This document shows, piece after piece, positions 47,248 to 57,735 of a DNA stretch of 64,000 nucleotides. Both the position numbers and the translations under genes were made by a program. Every line of letters begins with the position of its first letter. The stretch's first letter is position 1. Origin of the DNA: Candidatus Aminicenantes bacterium (lineage in GTDB: Bacteria > Acidobacteriota > Aminicenantia > UBA2199). A model generated the notes under the pieces. The model did not search any database. It was given only the letters and a program-made list of their open reading frames with translations, and had not been told where the DNA came from. Location: assembly GCA_029938635.1 (NCBI GenBank), contig JAOZUQ010000005.1, forward strand, positions 1,363 to 65,362. The letters run 5' to 3'.

Positions 47248-49442
47248 TATTTCTCCTCCAGAGGGAGTTTTATTATAAATTTTGTCCCTTTACCGGGTGT
47301 GGAGATCACATACATGGTTCCTTTATGGATATTTGTTATAATAAAATATGATACAGAAAGGCCCAGGCCGGTCCCGACTCCGATCTCCTTTGTTGTAAAG
47401 AATGGCTCAAATACCCTTTTTGTTGTCTCCCTGTCCATGCCCGGCCCGTTATCCTCAACTTCTATTACACCCAAAGACCCTTCTTTGAACAACCTTAGAG
47501 TAATCTCCGGATCTTCGGATTTTTCCTTGTTATCACTGATTGCATGTACAGCATTCTTCAAAAGGTTCAATAACACTTGCTGAAGCTCGTTCTCTGCACA
47601 TAAGATCTCAGGGAACTCATTCTCAAATTCCCGGGTAATTTTAATATGTCTGAAATCATACTTTTTCTTCAGATCATAATCATTCGTAGCAAGTTCAATT
47701 GTATTTTCAATAATAGAAGAGATATCTGCTTTTTCAAATTGCGATTCCGATCTTCTACTGAAATTCAGCATATTTGTAACTATATCTGAGGCCCTCTCGC
47801 CTGATCTTTGTATTACCTCAAGGAAATATATTATCTTTTGTTTCTCCAGATATTTAAAAATATCTTCAAGGTTAAGGTTAAGTTCCTCAGCTTTCTCACG
47901 ATTTACTTTAAAATCAGGTGAGACCCTTCTGAGAATATTCTGGACGCCCAGAAGTATTCCACCCAGAGGATTGTTGATCTCATGAGCCATCCCTGCAGCA
48001 AGGCCTCCCACAGACATCATCTTCTCAGTCTGGACCATCATATCCTCTATACGAATCCTGGTCGTAATATCATCCATTCTGATAACAGCACCTTCAACTC
48101 CATTTGATATCAAAGGATAGATCATTATGTCATTATATTTGAGTTCATCATCGACACGTTCAACAATTTTTTCCATTTTCTGGGGGATCTTCTCTTTTAT
48201 CGATTTCTGAAATTTTTCCAGCTGGGATGCGAATTGCGGGAATATATCCTCTATTTTTTTTCCGATAGCATCTTCAGGTACAAGTCCGGATTTTTTTTCA
48301 GCTTCAACATTCCATTGGGTAACTTTTCCATCCCTGTCAATTCCAATCAAAACCGAGGGCATAGAATCTATCATGTTCTTCAGGTAAAGCTGCATTTTCT
48401 CCATATCTTTTTTCTGAATTTTCAGGGATTCAGCCATTGAATTAAAAAGCTTTGAGAGATCTCCTATCTCATCTTTTGATTTGATCCCGATCTTGATATC
48501 AAAGTCCCCTTTTGAAATGGACTGTGCGCTTTCCGATAGAGTCTTTAACGGCTTCCCTAACCATCTACCGATCAAAACACTCACAATTATTACAATGAAA
48601 AACACTGTGAAGAATACCAGCATCATACTCCGGACATCCAGATTCTTAGTTTTAAGAATGTCACTTATATCGTAGGCAACTATTACACTACCGATCTCCT
48701 TGTCTACATGATCATATATCTTAAAAGTTCCGATCAGGTACTTTTCCTCCCCAATGGTCATCTCCCCTTTGGCGTTTATCAGATCAAAAGAATCTGGAAA
48801 AAATCTCTCACCATTATTATCGAGCATGGTTGTCCCTATCCCTTTGTCATCCGAGAAGATAAAAATTTCTGCTCTCACCATATTCCTTATCTGATCGGAA
48901 AACTCAGAATCGAGAGGCAACTCAAGTACCAGATCTCCCACTTTTTCAAAAGTATTCTGGTTCATTATAGGAGAGATGGAAACAAAGCATATATTTTCTC
49001 CCAAATTTACAATTCCTGTCTTTCTGAGCAATGAATTCCGGCTTCTCTTAAAAAATGGTTCATAAAGGAGTGTTTTCTCATTTATATAACTCTCTGATGA
49101 ATTTTTCACATCAACTATAATCCTGTTATCAAGATCTACTACTTTGGCATTGATTGAACTGAGGAAGAAAACTTTCAGTTCAAGTGACGTTGCTATTTCT
49201 TCGGGTTCGTCAATATTCCCGGCAATTTCATTCAATTCTGATATGAACAATCCTTTTCTTGATAATTCACCCAGATACCCGTGAAAGACCCCCGCCGTCT
49301 GTTCTTTCAACTTTAGAAGGTTCTCTTTTGCCGTGTTCTCATATTTGGTTGACAAAAAGTTGATCGAATAATAGATCGAAAATAATGATGAGATCCCTGC
49401 CACAATTATCAGGAACACTAGAATTTTAGTTCTTATTTTCAC
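47247..49442 (-). CDS. Sensor histidine kinase (periplasmic sensor domain, TM, HAMP, PAS, HisKA, HATPase_c)
   Basis: 731 aa. ~270-aa extracytoplasmic region between two TM segments, HAMP (...LSESAQSISKGDFDIK...), H-box MAHEINNPL, N/G1/G2 boxes (NLLKNAVHA, DNGPGM, GTGLGL). Confidence 0.9.
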   Translation of the reverse strand: MKIRTKILVFLIIVAGISSLFSIYYSINFLSTKYENTAKENLLKLKEQTAGVFHGYLGELSRKGLFISELNEIAGNIDEPEEIATSLELKVFFLSSINAKVVDLDNRIIVDVKNSSESYINEKTLLYEPFFKRSRNSLLRKTGIVNLGENICFVSISPIMNQNTFEKVGDLVLELPLDSEFSDQIRNMVRAEIFIFSDDKGIGTTMLDNNGERFFPDSFDLINAKGEMTIGEEKYLIGTFKIYDHVDKEIGSVIVAYDISDILKTKNLDVRSMMLVFFTVFFIVIIVSVLIGRWLGKPLKTLSESAQSISKGDFDIKIGIKSKDEIGDLSKLFNSMAESLKIQKKDMEKMQLYLKNMIDSMPSVLIGIDRDGKVTQWNVEAEKKSGLVPEDAIGKKIEDIFPQFASQLEKFQKSIKEKIPQKMEKIVERVDDELKYNDIMIYPLISNGVEGAVIRMDDITTRIRIEDMMVQTEKMMSVGGLAAGMAHEINNPLGGILLGVQNILRRVSPDFKVNREKAEELNLNLEDIFKYLEKQKIIYFLEVIQRSGERASDIVTNMLNFSRRSESQFEKADISSIIENTIELATNDYDLKKKYDFRHIKITREFENEFPEILCAENELQQVLLNLLKNAVHAISDNKEKSEDPEITLRLFKEGSLGVIEVEDNGPGMDRETTKRVFEPFFTTKEIGVGTGLGLSVSYFIITNIHKGTMYVISTPGKGTKFIIKLPLEEK

Positions 49443-50968
49443 TGTTTCCCCAGCAGGAACAGATCAATCATTCCCAGACTGTCCAATTTGATCTTCCCCA
49501 GTTTTTTGTTATAAAGGATCAGATTGATATCCTGGTAAAGTGGAATGAGCAAAGCCCTTTCAACTACCAGATTGTTCAGTTTTATATAATATCTTCCTCT
49601 CTTGACGGGATCTTTTATAGTCCTTGCCTTTTCAATCATTTTAAGAATATCAATATTTTTCCCGGTTGAAAAATTAGCCAAACCTTCACTCTGTATTTTC
49701 TTGGAAAACAAAGGACTTATTATACTGAACGGATCAGGATAATCTGCTATCCATGAAGAAAATGTAAGGTCATAATCTCCCTTCGAAACTCTGGAAAAAT
49801 ATTCATTCATATCTACAATAACCACTTTAAGCCGAATCCCGACTTTTTTCAGATTTTTTGAAAAAATATTAACAATTGGGAGATGAAGGTCTGTATCCCT
49901 GTGTAACAGGAAGCTCAGTTGAAATCCTTTTTGTAATCCCTCTTTATTCAGTAATTTACGGGCTTTCTCTACAGACAGAGGGTATTTGTCAAGGTCACAA
50001 TCATAACCGGACATCCCCTGTGGGAAAAGAGAGCACAGAGGCTTTACGTGATTCTGATAGACCAGCTTTAATATATCCTTATTCCATAAATAATTAATAG
50101 CTTTTCTTACACCGGTCTTTTTCAGATACCTGTTTTTCATATTGAAGGCTATATAAGAAGTGGAAAGAGAAGAGGAATATGAATATCCCACCCACTCATA
50201 TCCTTTGAATATAACCATTTTTGAAATCGAAAAACTGGTTAAAACATCAATCTTCTGTTTTCTGAAAAGCTCAAATAATTTGTCCATATTTGGTTCAATA
50301 ATTGTAATGTATTTATCGATACCGGGTTTCCCTTTCCAATAACCATTGAAAGATTCAAGTACTATTTTTTTCCCTTTTTTCCACTCCTTTACTCTGTAAG
50401 GGCCTGTCCCCACAGGTTTTAAACGGAATTTTTCTTTCATCCTTTTTAAAGCTGCAGGCGAAACTATCGAAGTGCAGCTTACAGACAAAGTAGCAGGAAA
50501 TGGGAAGAAAGGTTCTTTTAAAATGAATTGGACTTTATACTTGCCGACCTTTTTTATACCTTTTAAAAATGGGAAAATTTCTTTAAAAAGGACAAATTCC
50601 CCATATTTATATTTCTCCTCCATTTGCCTTTCAAACGTAAAAACAACCGCATCAGCATCAAATGGCGTGCCATCATGAAATTTCACTCCACGCCTCAACC
50701 GGAATGTCCATACTTTCCCTTCTTTGTCCGAATCCCATGCTAAAGCAAGAGAAGGTTTGATCTTCAGAGTTCCCGGCTCCAATTCGACGAGCCTGTTAAA
50801 AATATTTGCAAGATAAACAGATGATGTATTATCCCACGCTTCTGCAGGATCAAGCGTTGTGGGCCCTCCTCTGTTTCCGGATCTGATCACTCTCTCTTTT
50901 CCGGCTGCTATTGGAATCGTAATCAACAAAACAATCAGAAATAAAATGAGCCCTTTATAGTATTTCAA
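49439..50968 (-). CDS. ABC-type family-5 (peptide/nickel/opine) solute-binding protein, no cognate transporter genes
   Basis: 509 aa. Signal peptide, SBP_bac_5 hallmarks (...RFHDGTPF..., ...PVGTGPY...). 4-nt overlap with the kinase gene. Confidence 0.85.
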   Translation of the reverse strand: MKYYKGLILFLIVLLITIPIAAGKERVIRSGNRGGPTTLDPAEAWDNTSSVYLANIFNRLVELEPGTLKIKPSLALAWDSDKEGKVWTFRLRRGVKFHDGTPFDADAVVFTFERQMEEKYKYGEFVLFKEIFPFLKGIKKVGKYKVQFILKEPFFPFPATLSVSCTSIVSPAALKRMKEKFRLKPVGTGPYRVKEWKKGKKIVLESFNGYWKGKPGIDKYITIIEPNMDKLFELFRKQKIDVLTSFSISKMVIFKGYEWVGYSYSSSLSTSYIAFNMKNRYLKKTGVRKAINYLWNKDILKLVYQNHVKPLCSLFPQGMSGYDCDLDKYPLSVEKARKLLNKEGLQKGFQLSFLLHRDTDLHLPIVNIFSKNLKKVGIRLKVVIVDMNEYFSRVSKGDYDLTFSSWIADYPDPFSIISPLFSKKIQSEGLANFSTGKNIDILKMIEKARTIKDPVKRGRYYIKLNNLVVERALLIPLYQDINLILYNKKLGKIKLDSLGMIDLFLLGKQ

Positions 50969-52506
50969 TTTTCCTCCACATATGCATCCTTGAAGATTAC
51001 ATGGGACAATTGGTTTAGATACAAGCCTTTAATTTTATTCTTAAAAACAAGGAAATCATTAACATTGTAAAGGGGGATCCAGGGACAATCCCTTGCAATG
51101 ATCTCCTGTGCCCTGAAATACATTTTTTCTCTCTTCTTATTATCTCGGATTCCACTTGCATCATTAAGCAGTCGGGTAAGCTCAGGATCCGAATACCCTG
51201 ACCGATTGAACTCACTATTCTTATCAGCAAATGTATCGAATAAAAAAACATCAGGATCGGGAATATCGGCTGACCATCCCATCATAATCATATCATGTCG
51301 TTTACTTCCGGCTGCTTTTCTCAGATCAGTGAAAGAAAGCGGTACTTTATAAACATGTATTCCGACTCTGGCTGCAAATTTTTTGATCACTCCGGCAATC
51401 TCCTCAAGAGGTTTTGAATTCCCTGAATAGTAAAGAGACACCCTGGTACCTTTTTTTATTTGTCCCCGTTTCAACAGATCCCCGGCTTTTTCCAGATCAA
51501 AAGATCTATCTTTAATATCAGGATTAAACCCGAAAATACCACTTGGAATGGGAGTAGTTGAATTTGATGCAAAATTCTGGAAAATTCTTCCTATTAACGG
51601 GCCTTTATTTATCAGGTGAGCAAACGCAATTCTGGCATTTCTGTTTTGAAATATGCCTTTTTGTGTGTTGAATGCAAGATAGTGTACAGAAACAGAGGGA
51701 ACAGAAATGGTATTGAATTCACGTCTTCCCCTGATCTCCTCATATTCTTTTGATGATCTCACCATCAATAAAGATGCTTTCCCGGATTTCAGTTGTATCA
51801 TCCTCCATGCAACATCATTAACGACCTTAAAAACAATCTTGGGAATCCGAACCTCCTTTCCCCAATATTTTTCATTCCTTATCACTGTAAGATATTTATT
51901 TTGAACACTTTTAAAATATTTATAGGGGCCGGTCCCTATCGGCCTGAATTCCTCTGAGACATAGGATAAAGGTGCAACTATCATATGCTTGGGACTTGCC
52001 AGGGAATAAAGGAAAGGGACAAAAGGTTTTTCCAGTACTATCTCAATTGTATATTCATCAATACTGCCAATACTTAAAATATGGGAATGAATTCTGTTCC
52101 AGTTATAGTACTTTTTTTTATTCAGCATCCGGGTTCTGAAATTCAATTCAACTGCAGCAGAATTAAATTTTTCCCCATTGTGAAATCTCACTCCTTTCCT
52201 TAACTTAAATATCCACTTTTTCCCGTCATTTTCAGTCCTCCAACTGACAGCAAGTGCAGGTTCAACACGGGAAGATCCTTTTTTATATCTGACCAGACCT
52301 TCATAAATGTTGGATATGGCCTCGGACGAATACACATCTGATGTAAGTCCCGGATCAAGGGTGGAAATATATGTACTCTTCAGATAGATAAGGGGGGAAT
52401 CTGCAGCATAAAATGGAATAATGAATAAGATTAAGAGAATGACCAGTCCCGTTGCAACTCCGGACTTACCAATAGAAAATCTACTATTCATTTCAATATG
52501 CTCCAA
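50965..52506 (-). CDS. Family-5 solute-binding protein (paralog)
   Basis: 513 aa. Signal peptide, ...RFHNGEKF..., ...PIGTGPY... 4-nt overlap with the downstream SBP. Confidence 0.85.
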   Translation of the reverse strand: MEHIEMNSRFSIGKSGVATGLVILLILFIIPFYAADSPLIYLKSTYISTLDPGLTSDVYSSEAISNIYEGLVRYKKGSSRVEPALAVSWRTENDGKKWIFKLRKGVRFHNGEKFNSAAVELNFRTRMLNKKKYYNWNRIHSHILSIGSIDEYTIEIVLEKPFVPFLYSLASPKHMIVAPLSYVSEEFRPIGTGPYKYFKSVQNKYLTVIRNEKYWGKEVRIPKIVFKVVNDVAWRMIQLKSGKASLLMVRSSKEYEEIRGRREFNTISVPSVSVHYLAFNTQKGIFQNRNARIAFAHLINKGPLIGRIFQNFASNSTTPIPSGIFGFNPDIKDRSFDLEKAGDLLKRGQIKKGTRVSLYYSGNSKPLEEIAGVIKKFAARVGIHVYKVPLSFTDLRKAAGSKRHDMIMMGWSADIPDPDVFLFDTFADKNSEFNRSGYSDPELTRLLNDASGIRDNKKREKMYFRAQEIIARDCPWIPLYNVNDFLVFKNKIKGLYLNQLSHVIFKDAYVEEN

Positions 52507-52560
52507 GAAATAACCATCACAATATAAAATAATAAATAAAATGAACTAAATTATCAAATA

Positions 52561-54132
52561 CTATTCCTGTACAACCTTTTTGTTATCGAAGAACACATCT
52601 CTGAAGTTCAAAAATGAAAGCGGCTGGATAGAGAGATTTCTTACATTTTTATTGCGGACCAAAATATTGTTCATGTAGAAAAGGGGTATCCATGGGAGAT
52701 CTCTGTGAATGATCTTCTGAGCATTCCAATACAAACTCTCTCTTGTTTTTTTGACAGAAGTTTTTCGTCCTTTATCTATTAATCCGGTAACTTGTTTATT
52801 ATAATATCCGGATCTGTTCAACCTTCCGGAATTTTCGGTAAAGTTTGAATATAGATAAACGTCAGCATCCGGTATATCCCCGGCCCATCCAAGCATGAGC
52901 ATATCATGCTTCTCATATCCGATGTTAACAAGCTCGGTGAATGGGATCGGCATTTTTTTTATGTTCATCCCTATCTTCCTGGCTGAACGGGACAAAACAC
53001 TGGCAATATTTCCAAGATTCTTCGAATTCTCTGAATAATAGAGAGAAACCTCGATTTTATCTTTATATCCTGACTCATCTTTCAATCTTGCGGCTTTATT
53101 GATGTTAAACTCATAATCTTTCAGATCCGGATAATGACCGAACATCCCCGGAGGAACAGGGGTTGTAGCGTTTATTGCAAATTCCTGGAAGATATTTTTT
53201 ACCATTACTTTCTTGTTAAAAAGATGAGCAAGTGCCTGACGCATTTTTTTGTTCTTAAACGGACCTTTCCTAACATTGAAAGCAAGGTAATGGACTGAAG
53301 TAGACAATCCTGAAATAATTTTCAAAACCTTAGAATTTGCAACCTCATTATATTCATGCCATGACTCGATATAGGCAACATCAGCACTCCCGTTCTTCAT
53401 CTGAAGAACACGCCAGTTTTGATCTTTAACAACTTTAAATATAACACCTGACAAATACGCAGGCTTCCCCCAATATGAATCATTTCTGATCAACTTGACA
53501 AATTTACCCTCCTTCCTGTTTCCGAACCTGAAAGGCCCGGTCCCATATGGAATAAAATTTCCGGCTTTATAAGATGAAGGTGCAATTATTGATGAATGAG
53601 GACTGGCCATCTGAAACAAAAAAGGGGCAAAAGGCTCTGAAAGAATAAATTCCACCACATAATTATCAATCTCTCTGACTTTCTTAAGATAACTATAGAA
53701 TGAATTCCATTCTTTATACTTTATTTTATCGGATAGTCTTGTGTTGAAAGATTTTACTACAGCTGAAGCATTTAAAAGTTCACCATTATGGAACTTCACA
53801 CCTTTTCTGATCTGAAACTCCCACCTCTTTCCATTATTACTCATCGTCCAGCTTTCAGCAAGGCAAGGTTCTATATCAGGCCTCTCCTTTTTATATCTGG
53901 TCAATCCTTCAAATATATTCGTGATTATTTGAGAAGAATATTTGTCTGTGGTAAGCCCCGGGTCGAATGTGATCACATCCACATGGCCAAGATATATCAG
54001 AGTATTATCCTGAGATGATGAATAAATTGATGGAAAAAACAATAAAACCAACAGGATAGATAAAACAACAACCTTAATCCTCGGGAAACTTTTTTTATCC
54101 TGCACGAGTCTTTGATAAAAGAAGTTCCCCAT
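52561..54132 (-). CDS. Family-5 solute-binding protein (paralog)
   Basis: 523 aa. Signal peptide, ...KFHNGELL..., ...PYGTGPF... Confidence 0.85.
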   Translation of the reverse strand: MGNFFYQRLVQDKKSFPRIKVVVLSILLVLLFFPSIYSSSQDNTLIYLGHVDVITFDPGLTTDKYSSQIITNIFEGLTRYKKERPDIEPCLAESWTMSNNGKRWEFQIRKGVKFHNGELLNASAVVKSFNTRLSDKIKYKEWNSFYSYLKKVREIDNYVVEFILSEPFAPFLFQMASPHSSIIAPSSYKAGNFIPYGTGPFRFGNRKEGKFVKLIRNDSYWGKPAYLSGVIFKVVKDQNWRVLQMKNGSADVAYIESWHEYNEVANSKVLKIISGLSTSVHYLAFNVRKGPFKNKKMRQALAHLFNKKVMVKNIFQEFAINATTPVPPGMFGHYPDLKDYEFNINKAARLKDESGYKDKIEVSLYYSENSKNLGNIASVLSRSARKIGMNIKKMPIPFTELVNIGYEKHDMLMLGWAGDIPDADVYLYSNFTENSGRLNRSGYYNKQVTGLIDKGRKTSVKKTRESLYWNAQKIIHRDLPWIPLFYMNNILVRNKNVRNLSIQPLSFLNFRDVFFDNKKVVQE

Positions 54133-54270
54133 CTTTATAATATAGTATAGGCTTACAGGTTATTCAATAATTAACTCCTGGAAAAGGAGAGTGATTATCA
54201 TAGTTGACGAGAATTCATGCTCAGGAGCCTGTATTAAAACTATGAATAAACGGAGCTATTATATTAGAGA

Positions 54271-55839
54271 CTATTCCTGCACAGACTCATTATCACTGAA
54301 AAACACATCATTAAAATTTATTAGAGACAAAGGTTGTATTATAAGGTTTTTTACACTTTTATTGTGAATAAGAAATTTTTTCCTGTAATACAAAGGCAAC
54401 CAGGGAAGATCATCATGAAGGATCCTCTGCACTTCCATATATAACTTTATCCTCACTTCTGTATTTGATATCATTCGTGCTTGATTAAGAAGTTTTGACA
54501 CTTCCGGATTATTATATCCCGTACTGTTAGAACTGCTCACGCCGCTAATAAAATTTGGATAAAGATAAACATCTGCATCAGGTATATCGCCTATCCATCC
54601 AAGAATAAGCATATCATGCTTTTCAAATCCAAGATTCACAAGTTCGGAAAAAGGTACAGGCATTCTTTTAATGTTCAGCCCTATCTTCTTTGCGGAACGG
54701 GCTAAGACAACAGCAATGTTTTCATAATTTTCTGAACTATCGGAATAGTAGAGAGAAACATCGACCTCTGATTTGTATCCCGCATCATTTTTCTTTTTTT
54801 TTGCTTCCGCAATATTAAAACTATAATCTTTCAATTCCGGATTATGACCAAACACCTGAGGCGGTACAGGAGTTGTTGCATTTTCAGCAAATGATTGAAG
54901 TATTTTTTTTACTACTGCTTCTTTTTTGATAAGATGTGCTACTGCCTGCCTCATTCTTTTGTCCCGAAAGGGCCCCTTCATCGTATTAAAAGCTATGTGA
55001 TAGATCCCGGGAGACTGCCCGGATATGATATCCACATTCTTTTCACTTGCAACATCTTCAAGGATAATTTCAGATTCAATCAGAGCAGCATCCGCATTCC
55101 CGTTCTTAATCTGAAGTATCCGCCAATTCTGGTTCTTGACAACCTTGAAGATTACGGCAGAAAGAAGTGGCCGGTTACCCCAATAAAAATTATTCCTGAG
55201 AAGCTTTACAAACTTCCCCTTTTTCCTCTCACCAAATCTGAAAGGGCCGGTGCCGATAGGAGAGAAAACTTCCCCATCATAAGAGGAGGGGGCTATAATT
55301 GAAGCATTTGTACTTGCCAACCGGTAAAGAAACGGAGCATAAGGTTCAGTGAGAAGGAACTCCACCGTATAATTATCAATTTCCCTGACCCTCCTCAGAT
55401 ATGTATAGTATGTATTCCATTCATGATAATTTTTTTTATTATTCAGCCTTCTGGAGAACGAACTCACAACAGAAGCAGCGTTAAATAATTCACCATTGTG
55501 AAATTTAACCCCCTTTCGCAATATGAAAACCCACCTCTTCCCGTTATCATATATTTTCCAACTTTCTGAAAGTCCGGGCTTGATCTTAATAGTTCCGGAT
55601 TTATAGCTGGTCAAACCCTCAAAGATATTCTCAATTATTTGAGATGAATACATATCACCGACCATCCCAGGATCACTTGTGATCATATCCACAGGGCTGA
55701 GAAAGATCAGGGTATTATCCAGAGGAGATGAATAAACTGATGGGAAAAACAATAAAACCAGCAGGATAGACAGAACAACCTTGATCCCCGTGAGTCTGAT
55801 ATTATCCAGTTTGTCACTCCTATAACAGAGATACTGCAT
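54271..55839 (-). CDS. Family-5 solute-binding protein (paralog, ~65% aa identity to 52561..54132)
   Basis: 522 aa. Signal peptide, ...KFHNGELF..., ...PIGTGPF... Confidence 0.85.
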   Translation of the reverse strand: MQYLCYRSDKLDNIRLTGIKVVLSILLVLLFFPSVYSSPLDNTLIFLSPVDMITSDPGMVGDMYSSQIIENIFEGLTSYKSGTIKIKPGLSESWKIYDNGKRWVFILRKGVKFHNGELFNAASVVSSFSRRLNNKKNYHEWNTYYTYLRRVREIDNYTVEFLLTEPYAPFLYRLASTNASIIAPSSYDGEVFSPIGTGPFRFGERKKGKFVKLLRNNFYWGNRPLLSAVIFKVVKNQNWRILQIKNGNADAALIESEIILEDVASEKNVDIISGQSPGIYHIAFNTMKGPFRDKRMRQAVAHLIKKEAVVKKILQSFAENATTPVPPQVFGHNPELKDYSFNIAEAKKKKNDAGYKSEVDVSLYYSDSSENYENIAVVLARSAKKIGLNIKRMPVPFSELVNLGFEKHDMLILGWIGDIPDADVYLYPNFISGVSSSNSTGYNNPEVSKLLNQARMISNTEVRIKLYMEVQRILHDDLPWLPLYYRKKFLIHNKSVKNLIIQPLSLINFNDVFFSDNESVQE

Positions 55840-55963
55840 GTTATAAGTATAGTATCAGAGAACAGATTATTCAAGAAATTTACATGACAAAAAACATTAT
55901 CAGCTAATTCAGTCTCCTTTTTAGAACATATCATCTGTGCTATAATTTTTCCGGAGGTATTTT

Positions 55964-57199
55964 ATGGAATTTCCCGGAATGATGGACAGGTTTTTCAGTT
56001 ATGTAAAGATAGATACTCAGTCTGATGAGGAGTCGGAATCTTATCCTTCAACAAAGAAACAATTCGACCTTTTAAACAAATTAGAAGTTGAACTGAAGGA
56101 ATTGGGGCTTGATGATGTTGAGCAGAACAAGTGGGGGTACGTCACAGCCACACTAAAGACAAATCAAAAAAGTGATGTCCCGACTATCGCACTTATTGCT
56201 CATGTTGACACATCGCCGGATGTATCAGGAAAAGATGTTAATCCTGTTATCCATAATAATTATGACGGAAAAGATATAGTCCTCTCAGAAAAAGAGAACG
56301 TGATCTTAAAAGTTGATGAAAATCCGATGCTGAATGACAAGATAGGAAAGACGGTGTTCACAACAGACGGGACAACTCTGCTTGGTGCCGACAACAAGGC
56401 AGGAATTACAGAGATAATTTGTGCTGTAAAATACCTTAAGGAGAACCCGGAGGCTCCAAGACCGAACATCAGAATACTTTTCACTCCGGATGAGGAGGTC
56501 GGCCGGGGAACTGAGAATATCACCAATGAAAATATTAAAGCCGACTATGGTTATACAATAGATGGTGAAAGACTAGGGGAGATCGAGGACGAAACCTTCT
56601 GTGCAGATACACTTGAACTGGATGTCACAGGGATAATGGTCCATCCCGGATATGCTAAAGATAAAATGATAAATGCTATAAAAATAGTTTCAGAGATCGT
56701 TGACCATTTCCCGAAGAACGGCCTTGCGCCGGAGACAACGGAAAAGAGAGAAGGTTATATTCACCCCTTTACAATTTCCGGCGGTGGAGAGAAAACAAGT
56801 GTAAAGATCCTGCTCAGGGACTTCGAAGAATCGGGACTCAGAGAAAAAGAGAATTACATAAGAGAAGTTGTTGACACCATAATGAAAAAATATAAGGGAG
56901 CTAAAGCGGAGATCAAAGTTTCAGAATCCTACAGGAACATGAAACAGATCCTCGATAAATATCCTGAAGTGACCAACAAAGCGATAAAAGCTGTGGAAAT
57001 GGCCGGTATAGAACCTCTCAAGAATATAATTCGTGGAGGGACAGATGGAGCAAGGCTCAGTTTCATGGGACTCCCGACACCGAATATTTTCACGGGCGGA
57101 TCAAATTTTCATTCAAGATATGAGTGGATCACCCTTGAGGATATGTACAAAGCATCAGAAGTGATCGTCAACCTGATGAAACTCTGGACCATTAAATAA
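55964..57199 (+). CDS. pepT: Peptidase T (tripeptide aminopeptidase, M20B)
   Basis: 411 aa. N-terminal MMDRFFSYVKIDTQSDE..., metal-ligand motifs ...IAHVDTSPD..., ...GADNKAG..., C-terminal ...GGTDGA... Confidence 0.9.
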   Translation: MEFPGMMDRFFSYVKIDTQSDEESESYPSTKKQFDLLNKLEVELKELGLDDVEQNKWGYVTATLKTNQKSDVPTIALIAHVDTSPDVSGKDVNPVIHNNYDGKDIVLSEKENVILKVDENPMLNDKIGKTVFTTDGTTLLGADNKAGITEIICAVKYLKENPEAPRPNIRILFTPDEEVGRGTENITNENIKADYGYTIDGERLGEIEDETFCADTLELDVTGIMVHPGYAKDKMINAIKIVSEIVDHFPKNGLAPETTEKREGYIHPFTISGGGEKTSVKILLRDFEESGLREKENYIREVVDTIMKKYKGAKAEIKVSESYRNMKQILDKYPEVTNKAIKAVEMAGIEPLKNIIRGGTDGARLSFMGLPTPNIFTGGSNFHSRYEWITLEDMYKASEVIVNLMKLWTIK

Positions 57200-57235
57200 A
57201 TAGCTTCACAAACATCATCAATTTGAAATTATAGT

Positions 57236-57365
57236 CAGGCTTTCGCCATCATCTGCTTTGCTCCCGCTCCGGATGTTCTCATCCGTCCCCGCTTCCTGTC
57301 CCCGGGGTGATCGATATTAACGAGTCACCCCTGAGGTGGCCGCTACAGCAGATAAGATGGCTACG
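57236..57365. ncRNA. Unclassified GC-rich structured element (possible small RNA or 3'UTR structure)
   Basis: ~130 nt at well over 50% GC in a mid-30s % GC genome. Nested hairpins CGGATG-ttct-CATCCG and GGGGTGA-N14-TCACCCC. Long-range complementarity ATCATCTGCT(57249-)/AGCAGATAAGATG(57345-). No ORF. Confidence 0.25.
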
Positions 57366-57459
57366 CCTAATACACTCCCTGCTTGTAAAACAAAACTATG
57401 TTGACACACAAGTGAATGTTTGATATCTTGTCAACGTTTCTTCTTCAGAGCCTTTAGCT

Positions 57460-57735
57460 ATGAAGACGAGGTGAGAGCCCGGTACTCTACGACCCTCACC
57501 AACCTGTTCTGACAGGGATAAGGTGGTTTACCGGATAGGGTTACAAACCCTGAAATAGTGATCGGGAGGCTGTAATGAATTCATTAATGATAATGTGAAG
57601 CCCTTAGGGGCATTCCAGTCTGTTATCTTCCGGATCGAATTCTGATCTGGCCAGAGGTTATAGGTCAGAGGTATAAAGAGTTTGAAAGTTACCGCTAACC
57701 CCTTACCTATTACCTGAATCTCAAAAATAAATTAA
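57460..57735 (+). promoter_or_regulatory. Candidate lysine riboswitch (L-box) leader of asd-lysC
   Basis: Long GC-enriched untranslated leader before an asd-lysC operon. Contains GAGGTG..., CTGAAA..., ...TCTGGCCAG..., ...GTCAGAGG... elements similar to L-box conserved blocks. A TTGACA-N17-TATCTT promoter-like sequence lies at 57403-57431. Identification is tentative. Confidence 0.3.
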
